Shown piece by piece: positions 1 to 9,702 of a DNA stretch of 64,000 bases (positions within the stretch are counted from its first letter, which is position 1; each line of letters begins with the position of its first letter). Where the stretch lies: the IMG/VR virus record IMGVR_UViG_3300035698_007355, positions 32,732 to 96,731 of that record; one strand, given 5' to 3'. Source of the stretch: a virus. The notes below the pieces were generated by a model. The model had not been told where the DNA came from. It did not search any database and worked only from the letters and a program-made list of their open reading frames with translations. A program made the position numbers and the translations under genes.

Positions 1-946
1 CTTCTAAAGCTTTTAAATATTTTTCTATACTTTGTTCATATGAAACATATTCAACTGCGTTCTTAGCATAATCAATAACTTCTTGTCTAAACTTATCATC
101 AGTTAATACTTTCTTAACCATTTCTCTAGTTGCCTTCATATCTAATGGTGGAACTGCTGTCATAGGATAACATTTCTGTATTGAGTAGTTTCTGTCCGAA
201 CCAACTACTGGTACTCCTAGTGCTGCACAATCCCAACCAGTTCTACCCTGGCTTGTAAGTGTGAATGGTTCTACAACTAATTTACTTTCCATTAGCTGTT
301 CACAAAAATCCATATAATTTGTGCCTGGTATAATTTCATTATAACAAGTGTCTGTTGTGAATTTCTTTTTATCTGATGATTGGTCATAACCAATAAGTCT
401 TGTCTTATAACCCAAATTATTTACTGCTAAACTTGGTATTATATTAAATTGGTCATATCTGTGTGATATTACTGATATTATATCTTTTGTATTTCTTGTA
501 TTTAATGTTTTCAACCTTTTGGTAAAACAAGGATGAACTATTAAATGAACTTTCCTACCAGTTAAAACTTCTAGTGTTCCAACCTGATTAGGTTCTGTAC
601 CGAATAACATATCAGCATATTGTAATTCTCTTCTTAATGTTGGTAAATAATCAAATGATGCTTGCCACAATTCTATTGTGTAATCATTGTTAACTACTAT
701 CTTTGTTTTTGAGTCATTACCGATTATGTCTCTAACTTCTCCAATCAAATGAATGTCTTGTGCAGACATATTGATATGAATAATGTCATAATCTTTCAAC
801 TCTTCTGGGTTAACATCTTTAAATCTTTTTACTTCGCCTTCAAGTGCTGGTATCCAGCTATATAAACCAGTCCTCAAACAATCTTCTTCAAGTAATTGTT
901 TGTGAATATGATTAGTCACCATTAAATACTTTAACTTTTTCCCCAT
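1..946 (-). CDS. Glycosyltransferase, GT-B/GT4-like (3' end outside window)
   Basis: Manually translated from ATG 946 after AGGTGAG RBS: MGKKLKYLMVTNH...; C-terminal GRTGWDCAALGVPVVGSD resembles the GT4 nucleotide-sugar binding segment. Confidence 0.7.
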   Translation of the reverse strand, partial: MGKKLKYLMVTNHIHKQLLEEDCLRTGLYSWIPALEGEVKRFKDVNPEELKDYDIIHINMSAQDIHLIGEVRDIIGNDSKTKIVVNNDYTIELWQASFDYLPTLRRELQYADMLFGTEPNQVGTLEVLTGRKVHLIVHPCFTKRLKTLNTRNTKDIISVISHRYDQFNIIPSLAVNNLGYKTRLIGYDQSSDKKKFTTDTCYNEIIPGTNYMDFCEQLMESKLVVEPFTLTSQGRTGWDCAALGVPVVGSDRNYSIQKCYPMTAVPPLDMKATREMVKKVLTDDKFRQEVIDYAKNAVEYVSYEQSIEKYLKALE

Positions 947-958
947 TTATCTCACCTT

Positions 959-1288
959 TTAATTTTCTTTTAAATCTCTAACTTTAGTCATAAACTTTTT
1001 TGCAAAATTTTCATCTATAACATTGCCTTCTTTATCTAATTTTTCTACACTTAATTTACTTTTAATTAATTTCTTTGCCTTTTTTTTAATCTCTTTATGT
1101 TTTTTATCAACTAATGTAGAAACTTTTTCTACTTCATTATTTTCTACAATAACAGGACTTCTTTCTGATTTCCATCCTGTTGCAGTAAATGGTAAACTAG
1201 TTTTAGTCATATCACCTAATTTAGTTTTTAAAAAGGCTCTGGCATTAAAACCACCAGTAAATTTTATTGGTCCTTTTATTATTGGCAT
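959..1288 (-). CDS. Hypothetical protein of head module
   Basis: 109-aa ORF co-oriented with structural genes. Confidence 0.6.
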   Translation of the reverse strand: MPIIKGPIKFTGGFNARAFLKTKLGDMTKTSLPFTATGWKSERSPVIVENNEVEKVSTLVDKKHKEIKKKAKKLIKSKLSVEKLDKEGNVIDENFAKKFMTKVRDLKEN

Positions 1289-1294
1289 TTGATT

Positions 1295-1603
1295 TCACTC
1301 TCCTATGAATTTTTTATAAACACTTATATGAAATTCTGTTAACTTATTTTCTTCATCTAATTTTTTAAGTGCTTCTTTTATAATATCTGTTGCTTTTTCC
1401 CCTAGTTCAATTTCTTTGTATATTCGTCCTTTTTCATTCCATGAAATATTTCCAGCATTTTCAACAATTTCAAATTCTTTAAATTCTTCTTCTGTTGGCG
1501 CTAAGGATTCTTTAAGTTTTTGAACAATATTTAATGTAATAAAATTTCCTTCTGTTGGTAATATTTGCAATACTTTTAATCTTTCTATCAAATTTAATTT
1601 CAT
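1295..1603 (-). CDS. Hypothetical protein of head module
   Basis: 102-aa ORF with AGGTGAG RBS. Confidence 0.65.
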   Translation of the reverse strand: MKLNLIERLKVLQILPTEGNFITLNIVQKLKESLAPTEEEFKEFEIVENAGNISWNEKGRIYKEIELGEKATDIIKEALKKLDEENKLTEFHISVYKKFIGE

Positions 1604-1613
1604 CTTTATCTCA

Positions 1614-1650
1614 CCTTTTGTTTTTTAAAAAATAAAGGGGTTTACCCCTT
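1614..1650 (-). terminator. Hairpin (AAGGGG-TTTA-CCCCTT) plus T-rich tract
   Basis: Perfect 6-bp GC-rich stem at 1635-1650 downstream of ORF 1686-2309. Confidence 0.45.
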
Positions 1651-1685
1651 AAAATTATTCATTTTACTCATTTTATTTCATCTCC

Positions 1686-2309
1686 TTATTGTGATTTTGT
1701 TTTAACTCTTGATAAATACCTTATATCAATTGTTTTTCCATCAGCCATTGTAGGTAATGTAAATGTATCATATGTAGTATTTACTGTAAGTGCTGCTGTA
1801 CCTGCATCTGCTGTAGAATAAGCTCCATCATATCCAATAGATATAATATCTGATTGATTTTCTAAATCATATCTAAGACCAAATTCTTGTCCCCAACCTA
1901 CATTAACATCAGTTGACTTATGAGATGTATCATCAGCTTTCATACCTGTAATTTTTGCAAATGCATGATTACTATAATAACTACCTGCTGCTGTTCCTGC
2001 TACTGAAACTGCTTCTGTAACTAAATCTCCTTTAGCAGTATAACCAGTAATATTAATTTTATCTCCTGCTCCTGCGGTTCCTGCTGCTACTGCAAAAACT
2101 TGAATACATAAAGGATAAGGTGGTTGTGCTGAGAAGTCTGTATTATCTATTCCAACTGCTGCGGTTCCTGTTGTTAAATCCCAAGCTGTAATTATTCCTG
2201 TTGAGGATATATTTGCTGCATTTGGTATGATATCTTGTACCATTATTTTATCAGGGAATTCTATTTCCTGAACATTTACTTTATTATTTCTCCATCCGTA
2301 TTTTGACAT
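1686..2309 (-). CDS. Putative virion structural or head decoration protein
   Basis: Directly after MCP; rich in Gly/Ala/Thr/Asp, beta-strand-like. Confidence 0.5.
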   Translation of the reverse strand: MSKYGWRNNKVNVQEIEFPDKIMVQDIIPNAANISSTGIITAWDLTTGTAAVGIDNTDFSAQPPYPLCIQVFAVAAGTAGAGDKINITGYTAKGDLVTEAVSVAGTAAGSYYSNHAFAKITGMKADDTSHKSTDVNVGWGQEFGLRYDLENQSDIISIGYDGAYSTADAGTAALTVNTTYDTFTLPTMADGKTIDIRYLSRVKTKSQ

Positions 2310-2370
2310 TTTTGAAAACCTCCATTTTCATTACGTTTAAATCTCGAAAGCTTCACTCAAAGATTTAAAC

Positions 2371-2401
2371 AAAAAAAATTAAAAAAAAAGGGCAAAGCCC
2401 T
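2371..2401 (-). terminator. Hairpin plus U-tract terminator after MCP
   Basis: AGGGC-AAA-GCCCT (2389-2401) followed on the minus strand by T9/T8 runs. Confidence 0.55.
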
Positions 2402-2410
2402 AAATTATTT

Positions 2411-3409
2411 CTATGCGTCTGAGAAGTAACCTAAGCAAATTGCTTGTTGGTTAACTCTAGTCATTTTGTACCAAGCATCTAAAAGAACCTTGTGGACTCT
2501 TTCGTCATCTTCAGTAACTACTTTTACTTTTGCTTTTTCTTTCCATACAATAGCTGCTGCTGCTGATGGGTCGATTAAGTAAGCATAGTGTCCTGCTAAT
2601 GAGCCTGAACCCCAAGCTGATGCTGAAGTAACTAATGTTGATACTTCAATTATCAAACCTACATATTCTTCAATTGTACCTTTTGTAACAACTGAGCTTC
2701 CGCCGAATTCTGCTGCGTTAGTAAATTGACTTGATTTCAAAAGTTGCTTAAATTGCTCAGGATGTAAGAATAATACTCCGTCTCTAGGCTTTTTAGCGAA
2801 ATTTTTCTTTTGAACTTCAATTTTCATATCGATGATTTTATCAACTGTGATAACATCTCCTGTTGCAAGAGTTCCTGAAGTTGTTGCATCTCCACCAAAT
2901 ACTGCGCTTGCAAGTGATGAGCTAACTGTTGCTCCTTCCAAGATTGCGTTTGCATCTGTTTCGATAGTTTCTAGATATTGTCTTACAAGTTGTTTGTGAG
3001 CCATTTCTACGATTGAAACTCTAGTTGCACTTGCAGTTTCGAATGAAATTGCGCATCCACCTAATTTTACATCGTATGATGATAAACTTAGTGTGATGTT
3101 ATCTGCACCGTCGAATTCAGTCATAACCCTTGCAATTCCTTCTTGGTAAGCTGAACGGCTACCCATTAGGTCTACATCTCCAACTTTTGGAATAACTAAT
3201 GTTACATCGTTGTTGCCCATTAAGTCTGTAAATTCTAAAAAATACTTAGAAAGTACTCTATCTGGTTGTGAATCAAAGATTATTTTTTGACTCCAAGTAC
3301 TACCCATTACTGAGCCAATACCTGCTGTTTGACCGCCCCAACTTGAACTACCAATTACGGTTGTACCAGTTGTAAGCTGTTCTACTGTCTTAATTATATT
3401 ATCTGACAT
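2411..3409 (-). CDS. Major capsid protein (probable HK97 fold)
   Basis: ~332 aa from ATG 3409 (AGGAGG RBS); follows portal-protease-scaffold; capsid-like motifs LFLHPEQFKQLL and GTIEEYVGLIIEVS. Confidence 0.8.
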   Translation of the reverse strand: MSDNIIKTVEQLTTGTTVIGSSSWGGQTAGIGSVMGSTWSQKIIFDSQPDRVLSKYFLEFTDLMGNNDVTLVIPKVGDVDLMGSRSAYQEGIARVMTEFDGADNITLSLSSYDVKLGGCAISFETASATRVSIVEMAHKQLVRQYLETIETDANAILEGATVSSSLASAVFGGDATTSGTLATGDVITVDKIIDMKIEVQKKNFAKKPRDGVLFLHPEQFKQLLKSSQFTNAAEFGGSSVVTKGTIEEYVGLIIEVSTLVTSASAWGSGSLAGHYAYLIDPSAAAAIVWKEKAKVKVVTEDDERVHKVLLDAWYKMTRVNQQAICLGYFSDA

Positions 3410-3428
3410 TTTTTGTATCCTCCTAACC

Positions 3429-4205
3429 TTACATCTGTAAGATTCTTTTTCCTTCATTACCTTTTTTGTCTTGTTGACTTGCTAAGGTATTTAGAACTCC
3501 TTTCATAAAGTCCTTGTCACTCAATTTTTCAGGCACTTTTTGTACCACTTTTGGCTGTACTCTTATAGCCTGTGTTGGCATCGTTACTGTATCTAACTTC
3601 TCTTCAGACTTGTGGTTTAGCGCCATCTCTGTGACTGACTCAAACTCTGTAATCACGTCTTCTGACAAAGCACTTAACTGTTCTATAGTTTTGTCCTGTC
3701 CAAGCTCACTAAAGTTACTTGACAATTGTTCTAGTCTCTTATTATAAGCAATGTTACCTGCTTCTTCCTCTCTTGCCTTGTAGCCGTCTAGTTCTTTTGA
3801 AAGCTTTTCTATTGTTTTAGTTGAATCTCCGAAGTTTCCTTCCAAAGATTTAACTTGTGACTGTAATTGCTCTATTGTTTTATTATTTTCTTTTTGAGTT
3901 GCATATGAATTAGCAAGTTCATTTCTAACCTCGGAAATTACTGATAATTGTTCTTCTATTTTCTTAACATTATCATCTACTGGAACTTCTGGTTCTTCTG
4001 CTACAGGTTCTTCAATAACCTCTTCTACAACTGGCTCCTCTACAATAGGTTCTTCTACGTCCGGTTCTACTTCCGGGGTTTCTTCAGCTTCCTCAGCTGG
4101 TTTTTCTGTAACTTCTTCTTCTTCTTCTACAACCTCTTCTGTTACAGGTTCTTCTACAATTTCTTCAGTAACATTAGGTTCTGGTTTAATTTCATTTTCA
4201 GTCAT
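3429..4205 (-). CDS. Capsid scaffolding protein
   Basis: Very acidic E/V/P N-terminus plus coiled coil, between protease and MCP. Confidence 0.7.
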   Translation of the reverse strand: MTENEIKPEPNVTEEIVEEPVTEEVVEEEEEVTEKPAEEAEETPEVEPDVEEPIVEEPVVEEVIEEPVAEEPEVPVDDNVKKIEEQLSVISEVRNELANSYATQKENNKTIEQLQSQVKSLEGNFGDSTKTIEKLSKELDGYKAREEEAGNIAYNKRLEQLSSNFSELGQDKTIEQLSALSEDVITEFESVTEMALNHKSEEKLDTVTMPTQAIRVQPKVVQKVPEKLSDKDFMKGVLNTLASQQDKKGNEGKRILQM

Positions 4206-4228
4206 TTTATATTTTCCTCCTTTAGATT

Positions 4229-4474
4229 CTATCCAGGTAATCTTCCTAGATATTTATCCACGAGATGATTAAAAAAATCATTTCTTGTATTTTTCTCTAA
4301 AGATTTGTTTCCTGTAAATCTTTTTTTTAATATTGAGTTTGCTCCTTTAAATGCTCTTGTTTCACTTTTTGTTTTCTGATAAACAGTATTCCAAACATAC
4401 ATCCATTGTCTTTGCACTACTTTACTGTATTTCTTAATATTTGGGGGTACTTCTGAAATATTATTATAAGGCAT
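4229..4474 (-). CDS. ChaB-family protein
   Basis: From ATG 4474: MPYNNISEVPPNIK...QRQWMYVWNTVY matches the ChaB pattern seen in viral head modules. Confidence 0.65.
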   Translation of the reverse strand: MPYNNISEVPPNIKKYSKVVQRQWMYVWNTVYQKTKSETRAFKGANSILKKRFTGNKSLEKNTRNDFFNHLVDKYLGRLPG

Positions 4475-4475
4475 T

Positions 4476-5051
4476 TTATACCACTTGTATATTATTTTCT
4501 TTAAAAGCTCCACTTTCTACAAGTGACAACTCTTTATATTCTGGTTCAGTACCTCTGAGACCATATTGCTCGTCATATATATCAAATGAACTTATTGTAG
4601 CACTTACATCTGTTACAACACCATCTAATATGTTTAATGATTGAGTGATATCGTTGATATGCGCTCTATACATTACTGCTTGTAATTCGTCGTCCCAATA
4701 AATTTCATCAACTCTACCAATAGTAGCGCCAACTTCTTTATCTTTATGGTCAAACTTAACTGGGAATGTTTTTCCTTTATGAAATTTTACAGACCATATT
4801 AAATCTTCTTTAGTATAATATTTTTTCTTATGCCTTCCTATACCTAACATTTTACCAACAATTTTAAGTTGTTCGCCAACCTTAATCTTTGCTGATAATT
4901 GTTCTTCTGATTTAAGAGTGATTGAAAGCGTTTCTGAAGTTTTATTGTGTGTTAAAAATGAATCTGCTTTTTTTATAATTTCAACAGTTTTCATATCTCT
5001 AAGTACTCCTTCTGCTCTATTTAATTTTTCCATATTTTTATTGATTTCCAT
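4476..5051 (-). CDS. Prohead maturation protease (putative)
   Basis: Position after portal; PVKFDH..IGRV, DVSATI and ELSLVE segments fit HK97-type prohead proteases. Confidence 0.65.
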   Translation of the reverse strand: MEINKNMEKLNRAEGVLRDMKTVEIIKKADSFLTHNKTSETLSITLKSEEQLSAKIKVGEQLKIVGKMLGIGRHKKKYYTKEDLIWSVKFHKGKTFPVKFDHKDKEVGATIGRVDEIYWDDELQAVMYRAHINDITQSLNILDGVVTDVSATISSFDIYDEQYGLRGTEPEYKELSLVESGAFKENNIQVV

Positions 5052-5364
5052 TTTTATCTAGCCTATCGAATTTTGAATGAGTCTTTAATAAAGGAACTAT
5101 GTCTTTGTGTAGTTTCTTTATTGTGGATTTTGACAATCCTCTTCCGCTATTGTTCGCATTGAACAAATGAAGCATTGTATGAGCCAACTCAAGTTGGTTT
5201 TTAGGGATTTCGTCAACTATTGTATCTTTAGTGATTATAAGCCCAACAGAACGGGGATTATCTGCTGGGCTAGGAACTGGGTGAGAAACTTGAATTTTAT
5301 ATGAAGTCTCGTCTAGCTTATCCATTAATCGTTCGTAAGTCTTTTTATCTAACACTTTTAACAT
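5038..5364 (-). CDS. Hypothetical protein
   Basis: 108-aa ORF overlapping the portal stop. Confidence 0.55.
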   Translation of the reverse strand: MLKVLDKKTYERLMDKLDETSYKIQVSHPVPSPADNPRSVGLIITKDTIVDEIPKNQLELAHTMLHLFNANNSGRGLSKSTIKKLHKDIVPLLKTHSKFDRLDKNGNQ

Positions 5365-6766
5365 CTGGGTCTATCTTTTTTTGCTTTTTCTCATTTTTCT
5401 GAGAACCAGCAGGACTACCAGGTTCTGCGCCGTGCCAAACTTTTGCATCGTCTTTCTTGTTTTCTGCATCTGGGTCAATACCAGATTTTATATTTTGCAC
5501 TTCTTTTTCTTTTAATTCGTTTATAGCATCTTGATTAAACTCTAGTCCAATCATTTCTCTAGCTTCTTTTAACGTAACAATACCTGCTACATAAAGTTCT
5601 TGAGCACGTTGTCCGTTTCTGTCCGCATCTTCTGCAATATCGTTGAATTTAAGCATTGGGGCCTTAAATCCTGCCATCATAGCATATTTTTGAAATATTT
5701 TATTAAATACGTCCTCTATGTATCGCTGATTTGCTCTGATAACACTATAAAAGTGTTTTGATAAATTTTGGGAAGTAGCTCGATTACTCCCACTACTTCC
5801 TCCTGACCCTGTAAGAATAGCTTTTGGTACTCCCAAAGCTGATATTACTGAATCTAGGAAATAATCTGAATAATCGCTGAAATTCTGCGTTCCTGGTGAT
5901 TCCATCTTTGTTTTCACACCATCTGGCAGGAAAACTACTTCTTTTGCTGAAACTCGCCCAAGACTATTAGCCCATCGAGCTAAGTCTGTTGGTGATTTTG
6001 ATTTTGTTTCTACAACCCAAGTTGGGTTTGCAGTTTTAACAGCGGCTTCTGCTGCTGCTTGTTCCATATTCATTAATCTTATTGCTGTGTTATAAACTGG
6101 TTGTAAACTTGATACTCCATTAAACTCATCAGCGAATGTATTAAATTTTAAATGTGATATTTTATCTTTAGGAACTTCTATGTATTCTTCTTTTCCATCT
6201 TCTGCATATACAGTTTGCATATAAGCTTTAGGAAGTCTTTCATCATTAAGAACTATTGTCTGAAAATCATCTCGTGCTGTAAGAAATCCAAAGTTAATTG
6301 GGTTAACATGTCTTAGGTATGCTATTTTAGTTTTTGATTCATTAGTAACTTGCTCTAAATATCCATCTCCAGATACATCAGTATTAACTGAATATTGCCA
6401 AAATAAATTATCTCCACCGCTAACATCTATTAAATCTTGACAAGCTTTAGTTCCAACTTCATCACCATCGACTAATTTATAACCTCTAGTAACAGTCTCA
6501 TCTGCTCTGATATTAACTCCCCTGAATATGAATTGGTTATTTAAATATAATAATTGTAATTCTTTGACAGAAACTCTCTTCTTCAACAAATTAGTTGCAT
6601 CTTCGACCTTTTTAGCCTCTCTTGCTACAGAACTTGCTTTAGTTGTTGAGTTAGTTGCACTTTTTTCTAGTAAAACTTTCTGAGTTTCCAAATCATCCTG
6701 TAATTGTTCTATAGTTTTAGAATTAGCTATACCTAGAAAATTTTTTGTTTTATCCATAAACCCCAT
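5345..6766 (-). CDS. Portal protein
   Basis: 473 aa; GDGYL, ISHLKF...GVSSL, ISALGVPKAILTG, GIVTLKEAREMIGL are portal signatures. Confidence 0.85.
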   Translation of the reverse strand: MGFMDKTKNFLGIANSKTIEQLQDDLETQKVLLEKSATNSTTKASSVAREAKKVEDATNLLKKRVSVKELQLLYLNNQFIFRGVNIRADETVTRGYKLVDGDEVGTKACQDLIDVSGGDNLFWQYSVNTDVSGDGYLEQVTNESKTKIAYLRHVNPINFGFLTARDDFQTIVLNDERLPKAYMQTVYAEDGKEEYIEVPKDKISHLKFNTFADEFNGVSSLQPVYNTAIRLMNMEQAAAEAAVKTANPTWVVETKSKSPTDLARWANSLGRVSAKEVVFLPDGVKTKMESPGTQNFSDYSDYFLDSVISALGVPKAILTGSGGSSGSNRATSQNLSKHFYSVIRANQRYIEDVFNKIFQKYAMMAGFKAPMLKFNDIAEDADRNGQRAQELYVAGIVTLKEAREMIGLEFNQDAINELKEKEVQNIKSGIDPDAENKKDDAKVWHGAEPGSPAGSQKNEKKQKKIDPDVKSVR

Positions 6767-6820
6767 TGTATGTTCCGAAAATTTTATAAATCTTTCACTA
6801 TAATATGTCTTATGTAAGTT

Positions 6821-6840
6821 TAACTATATAAATGTTTCGG
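6821..6840 (-). promoter_or_regulatory. Archaeal BRE-TATA promoter of head operon
   Basis: Minus strand reads CCGAAACATTTATATAGTTA. Confidence 0.75.
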
Positions 6841-7018
6841 TTTTTTGCTCTTTTTTCAGGGGGTGGACCACCTAAAACACCTTTTTGATACCTTTACAAC
6901 AGTTTAAGATATATCAGGATATATCTGATACATTTGTTAACATTGTTATAATAGTATACTACTAATATACCGCGTACGACAAATATCAACATATCCTTTA
7001 AATAATTAGTGGAAGAAT

Positions 7019-7036
7019 CGAAACATTTATATAGTT
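7019..7036 (+). promoter_or_regulatory. Archaeal BRE-TATA promoter (divergent)
   Basis: CGAAACATTTATATAGTT; ATG at 7056 about 23 nt after TATA, probably leaderless. Confidence 0.75.
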
Positions 7037-7055
7037 GAAGTTACTTTATATAATT

Positions 7056-7169
7056 ATGAAAGAAAAATACGTATTTCACGGACACTGTTGGGATAAAGAT
7101 GGCGACTATGGAGTATATGTTGATAAAAACGGAAAGAGAGTTATAGTAAGAGTAGGTGATGAAAAATGA
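7056..7169 (+). CDS. Small leaderless ORF (37 aa)
   Basis: MKEKYVFHGHCWDKDGDYGVYVDKNGKRVIVRVGDEK; ATGA overlap with next gene. Confidence 0.5.
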   Translation: MKEKYVFHGHCWDKDGDYGVYVDKNGKRVIVRVGDEK

Positions 7170-7519
7170 ACGGTATACAAGTCGATTATGAACTAAATCC
7201 AGGAATGAGTAGCAGATTCAATCAAAAGATGTTTGGACGTATTTCAACTGGTAAAAAAGGTATACACGGCAAATCATATTATATTCCAGGAGTATTAGAT
7301 GATATTCCACATTATAGAATTTTTGAAGGCCGTGTATTTGTGAGTACAGCAAAAAAATTAGATTTTGACCATGTTATTACATATTGTAAGAAATTTAATG
7401 TTTCAAGTGTTTCAAAAACAAATGAAGATATTTTTATGAAAACAGGAAAAGAGCGATGGGCATTCCACGCAGTAGAGAAGGGGTTTAAAATTGACTGGAA
7501 AAAAAGCTGGGATAGGTAG
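7166..7519 (+). CDS. Hypothetical protein
   Basis: 117 aa with AGGTGA RBS. Confidence 0.6.
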   Translation: MNGIQVDYELNPGMSSRFNQKMFGRISTGKKGIHGKSYYIPGVLDDIPHYRIFEGRVFVSTAKKLDFDHVITYCKKFNVSSVSKTNEDIFMKTGKERWAFHAVEKGFKIDWKKSWDR

Positions 7520-8066
7520 AGGAAAAACACAACAGTTCGCTGTTGATAAGTTTGGAGTAGCTGATTTTGTATTAGAAAAATATAAAGATAATATCCCTGC
7601 TACAAAAATTAGTATAATGTTATTAGCAGAGAAAGAAGTTAAAATTTCTCCTGTTGGAATTAATAGATGGTTAACTAAATATAAAACAAAATCATTAGAA
7701 AAATCAAATATTATTAATAAAGAAAAATTTGATATTATGGTTATTAATTATAAAACTGAAATAACAAATATACTTGATGAAGTTAAAGAAATGAAAGATT
7801 TAGCTAAAGATAAAGGTGAATTAGAAACATACGTAAAACTTATTGGTAAGCTATATCAAGGTTTAGAATTGTTAGCAAAACTTATGGGAGATATTAAACC
7901 ATCAGGGTCTGTTGATATAAATGTAATTATCAAAGAAATAAACCAAAATGTATTTGATAATAATAAAGGAGGTAGACATAATCTGTTTAATACAGAAATT
8001 GTAGACGCTGAATTTGAAATAATTAAAGAAGATAAAGAAGAAATTGATAAACTTAACGAGGTTTAA
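7491..8066 (+). CDS. Candidate terminase small subunit
   Basis: N-terminal HTH-like segment (ATKISIML..ISPVGINRWL), helical middle, short C-terminal strand (SVDINVI); same strand as and upstream of TerL. Confidence 0.4.
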   Translation: MTGKKAGIGRGKTQQFAVDKFGVADFVLEKYKDNIPATKISIMLLAEKEVKISPVGINRWLTKYKTKSLEKSNIINKEKFDIMVINYKTEITNILDEVKEMKDLAKDKGELETYVKLIGKLYQGLELLAKLMGDIKPSGSVDINVIIKEINQNVFDNNKGGRHNLFNTEIVDAEFEIIKEDKEEIDKLNEV

Positions 8067-8067
8067 A

Positions 8068-8829
8068 ATGAAAAATATTATTATAGTTGGGTATGGGGAA
8101 GTAGGAAAAGCAATTTATAAAACAGAGAATAATATTGAGAGTAATATTAAAGTTTTTGATACTGATGGAATAATACCAAGTTCAACATTAGATGAAAAGA
8201 GAGGAATAGATATAATGCATATATGTATACCATATTCTAATAAATTCACATCTATTGTAACAACATATGCTAAAGAATATAGCCCAACACTTATAATTAT
8301 TAATTCAACTGTTAAAGTTGGAACAACACGAAAAATAAGAGAAGCTATTGATAAAGACCATGTGAAATTTATTGTGCATAGTCCAATTAGAGGAGTACAT
8401 CCTAATTTACATGCTGGAGTAATGGTATTTATAAAATATGTTGGTGGGGATGAAGAATCTACAAAAATGGCATTAGGACATTTTAAAACATTAAACGTAG
8501 AAGCTAAGATGTTAGGAAATTATGAAACAACAGAGTTAGCAAAGATTATGTCAACTTCATATTATGGTTGGAATATATTATTTGCGAAAGAATGTAAAAT
8601 AATGTGTAATCATTATGGTGTAGATTATGATAAAGTATATATAGAACCTAATAATACATATAACGACGGGTATAAGAAGCTGGGAATGAAAAATGTGGTG
8701 AGACCTGTACTAACTCCCCCAGAAGGAAAGATTGGGGGACATTGTATAGGACCTAATTATGAAATGTTACCAAATGCTAACAACACATCAAGTTTGAGAA
8801 AAATATATAGAGAGTTAGATGAAAAATGA
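8068..8829 (+). CDS. UDP-glucose/GDP-mannose dehydrogenase-like protein
   Basis: IVGYGEVG Rossmann motif, INSTV..GTT, ELAK, catalytic GGHCI. Confidence 0.8.
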   Translation: MKNIIIVGYGEVGKAIYKTENNIESNIKVFDTDGIIPSSTLDEKRGIDIMHICIPYSNKFTSIVTTYAKEYSPTLIIINSTVKVGTTRKIREAIDKDHVKFIVHSPIRGVHPNLHAGVMVFIKYVGGDEESTKMALGHFKTLNVEAKMLGNYETTELAKIMSTSYYGWNILFAKECKIMCNHYGVDYDKVYIEPNNTYNDGYKKLGMKNVVRPVLTPPEGKIGGHCIGPNYEMLPNANNTSSLRKIYRELDEK

Positions 8830-9065
8830 GTAATATGATACCAAAGTGGATTACAGAAGATTTAATAAGATATACTTTTGTAAAAGATGCTAGAATTAAA
8901 GGAACATATTTATACATAGATTATATTGTTGATGGGGATATTAAAACAAAGAAAATTGCTAGAAGAACAACACTTGGGTTGTTACAAAAGATTTTAGCAG
9001 ATATGAAAGAAAAAGTAGGTGAGAAGAATGAAGAAGTATACAGAGGAAATTACTACGTCATCTAA
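8826..9065 (+). CDS. Hypothetical protein
   Basis: ATGA-coupled ORF. Confidence 0.5.
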   Translation: MSNMIPKWITEDLIRYTFVKDARIKGTYLYIDYIVDGDIKTKKIARRTTLGLLQKILADMKEKVGEKNEEVYRGNYYVI

Positions 9066-9285
9066 GGACGTTAAACTAATACATTGTAAGGTTATTGGCG
9101 GGACACAGGCAGACATTTATGAAATAGGAAATGCAATGAGTAAATTTAAAAATAGTTTACCATTTAGACTAGAAGCAATCGTGACTAACGACACAGTAAC
9201 ATTACAAGATGTTGATACGCTTATAAAAGAACTATACAAGCTTAAAAAATCAATAGATATCGATAAAAGGCTAGGAAAGGAGTGA
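9028..9285 (+). CDS. Hypothetical protein
   Basis: ORF with AGGTGAG RBS. Confidence 0.5.
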   Translation: MKKYTEEITTSSKDVKLIHCKVIGGTQADIYEIGNAMSKFKNSLPFRLEAIVTNDTVTLQDVDTLIKELYKLKKSIDIDKRLGKE

Positions 9286-9701
9286 GAAAAATGAATAAAG
9301 AAAGTTGTCCAATTTGTGAACATACAATTTGTGAAGAATTTGTAGTAGATTTAATGATTTGTTCTAATTGTAGTCACGTATTTAAGAAAAAAACAGAATT
9401 AGAAAAGGATAAAAAAGAAGTAGGTCTTCACTTATATAATAATCCTATTGATACTGTTAGGGAAATTACAGATAAAATGGAAGATTCACAAGTTATAGAA
9501 TTTAATTTTCCTAGTATGAACTTTTATGCTTTGGACTTACATCCAACAGATTTTTATAAGTCAAGTATTAATCATTACTTTAATCAAATGAGTCTTATGA
9601 TATTACTACGAAGATGTAGATTAAAACCAATTAAACAAGAAAATAAATGGAATAAAGACGAGACAATGTGTATAACAAATATTATTTGTCGGAGGATATA
9701 G
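9282..9701 (+). CDS. Zn-ribbon protein resembling a truncated sugar C-methyltransferase
   Basis: CPIC...CSNCSHVF and INHYFNQMSL; no clear SAM-binding motif. Confidence 0.4.
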   Translation: MRKMNKESCPICEHTICEEFVVDLMICSNCSHVFKKKTELEKDKKEVGLHLYNNPIDTVREITDKMEDSQVIEFNFPSMNFYALDLHPTDFYKSSINHYFNQMSLMILLRRCRLKPIKQENKWNKDETMCITNIICRRI

Positions 9702-9702
9702 A

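Noticed and set aside
6911-6930. Inverted repeat TATCAG...CTGATA, also at 62105-62126
   Set aside because: Spacers differ (7 versus 10 nt) and there are only two AT-rich instances; not enough to call an operator
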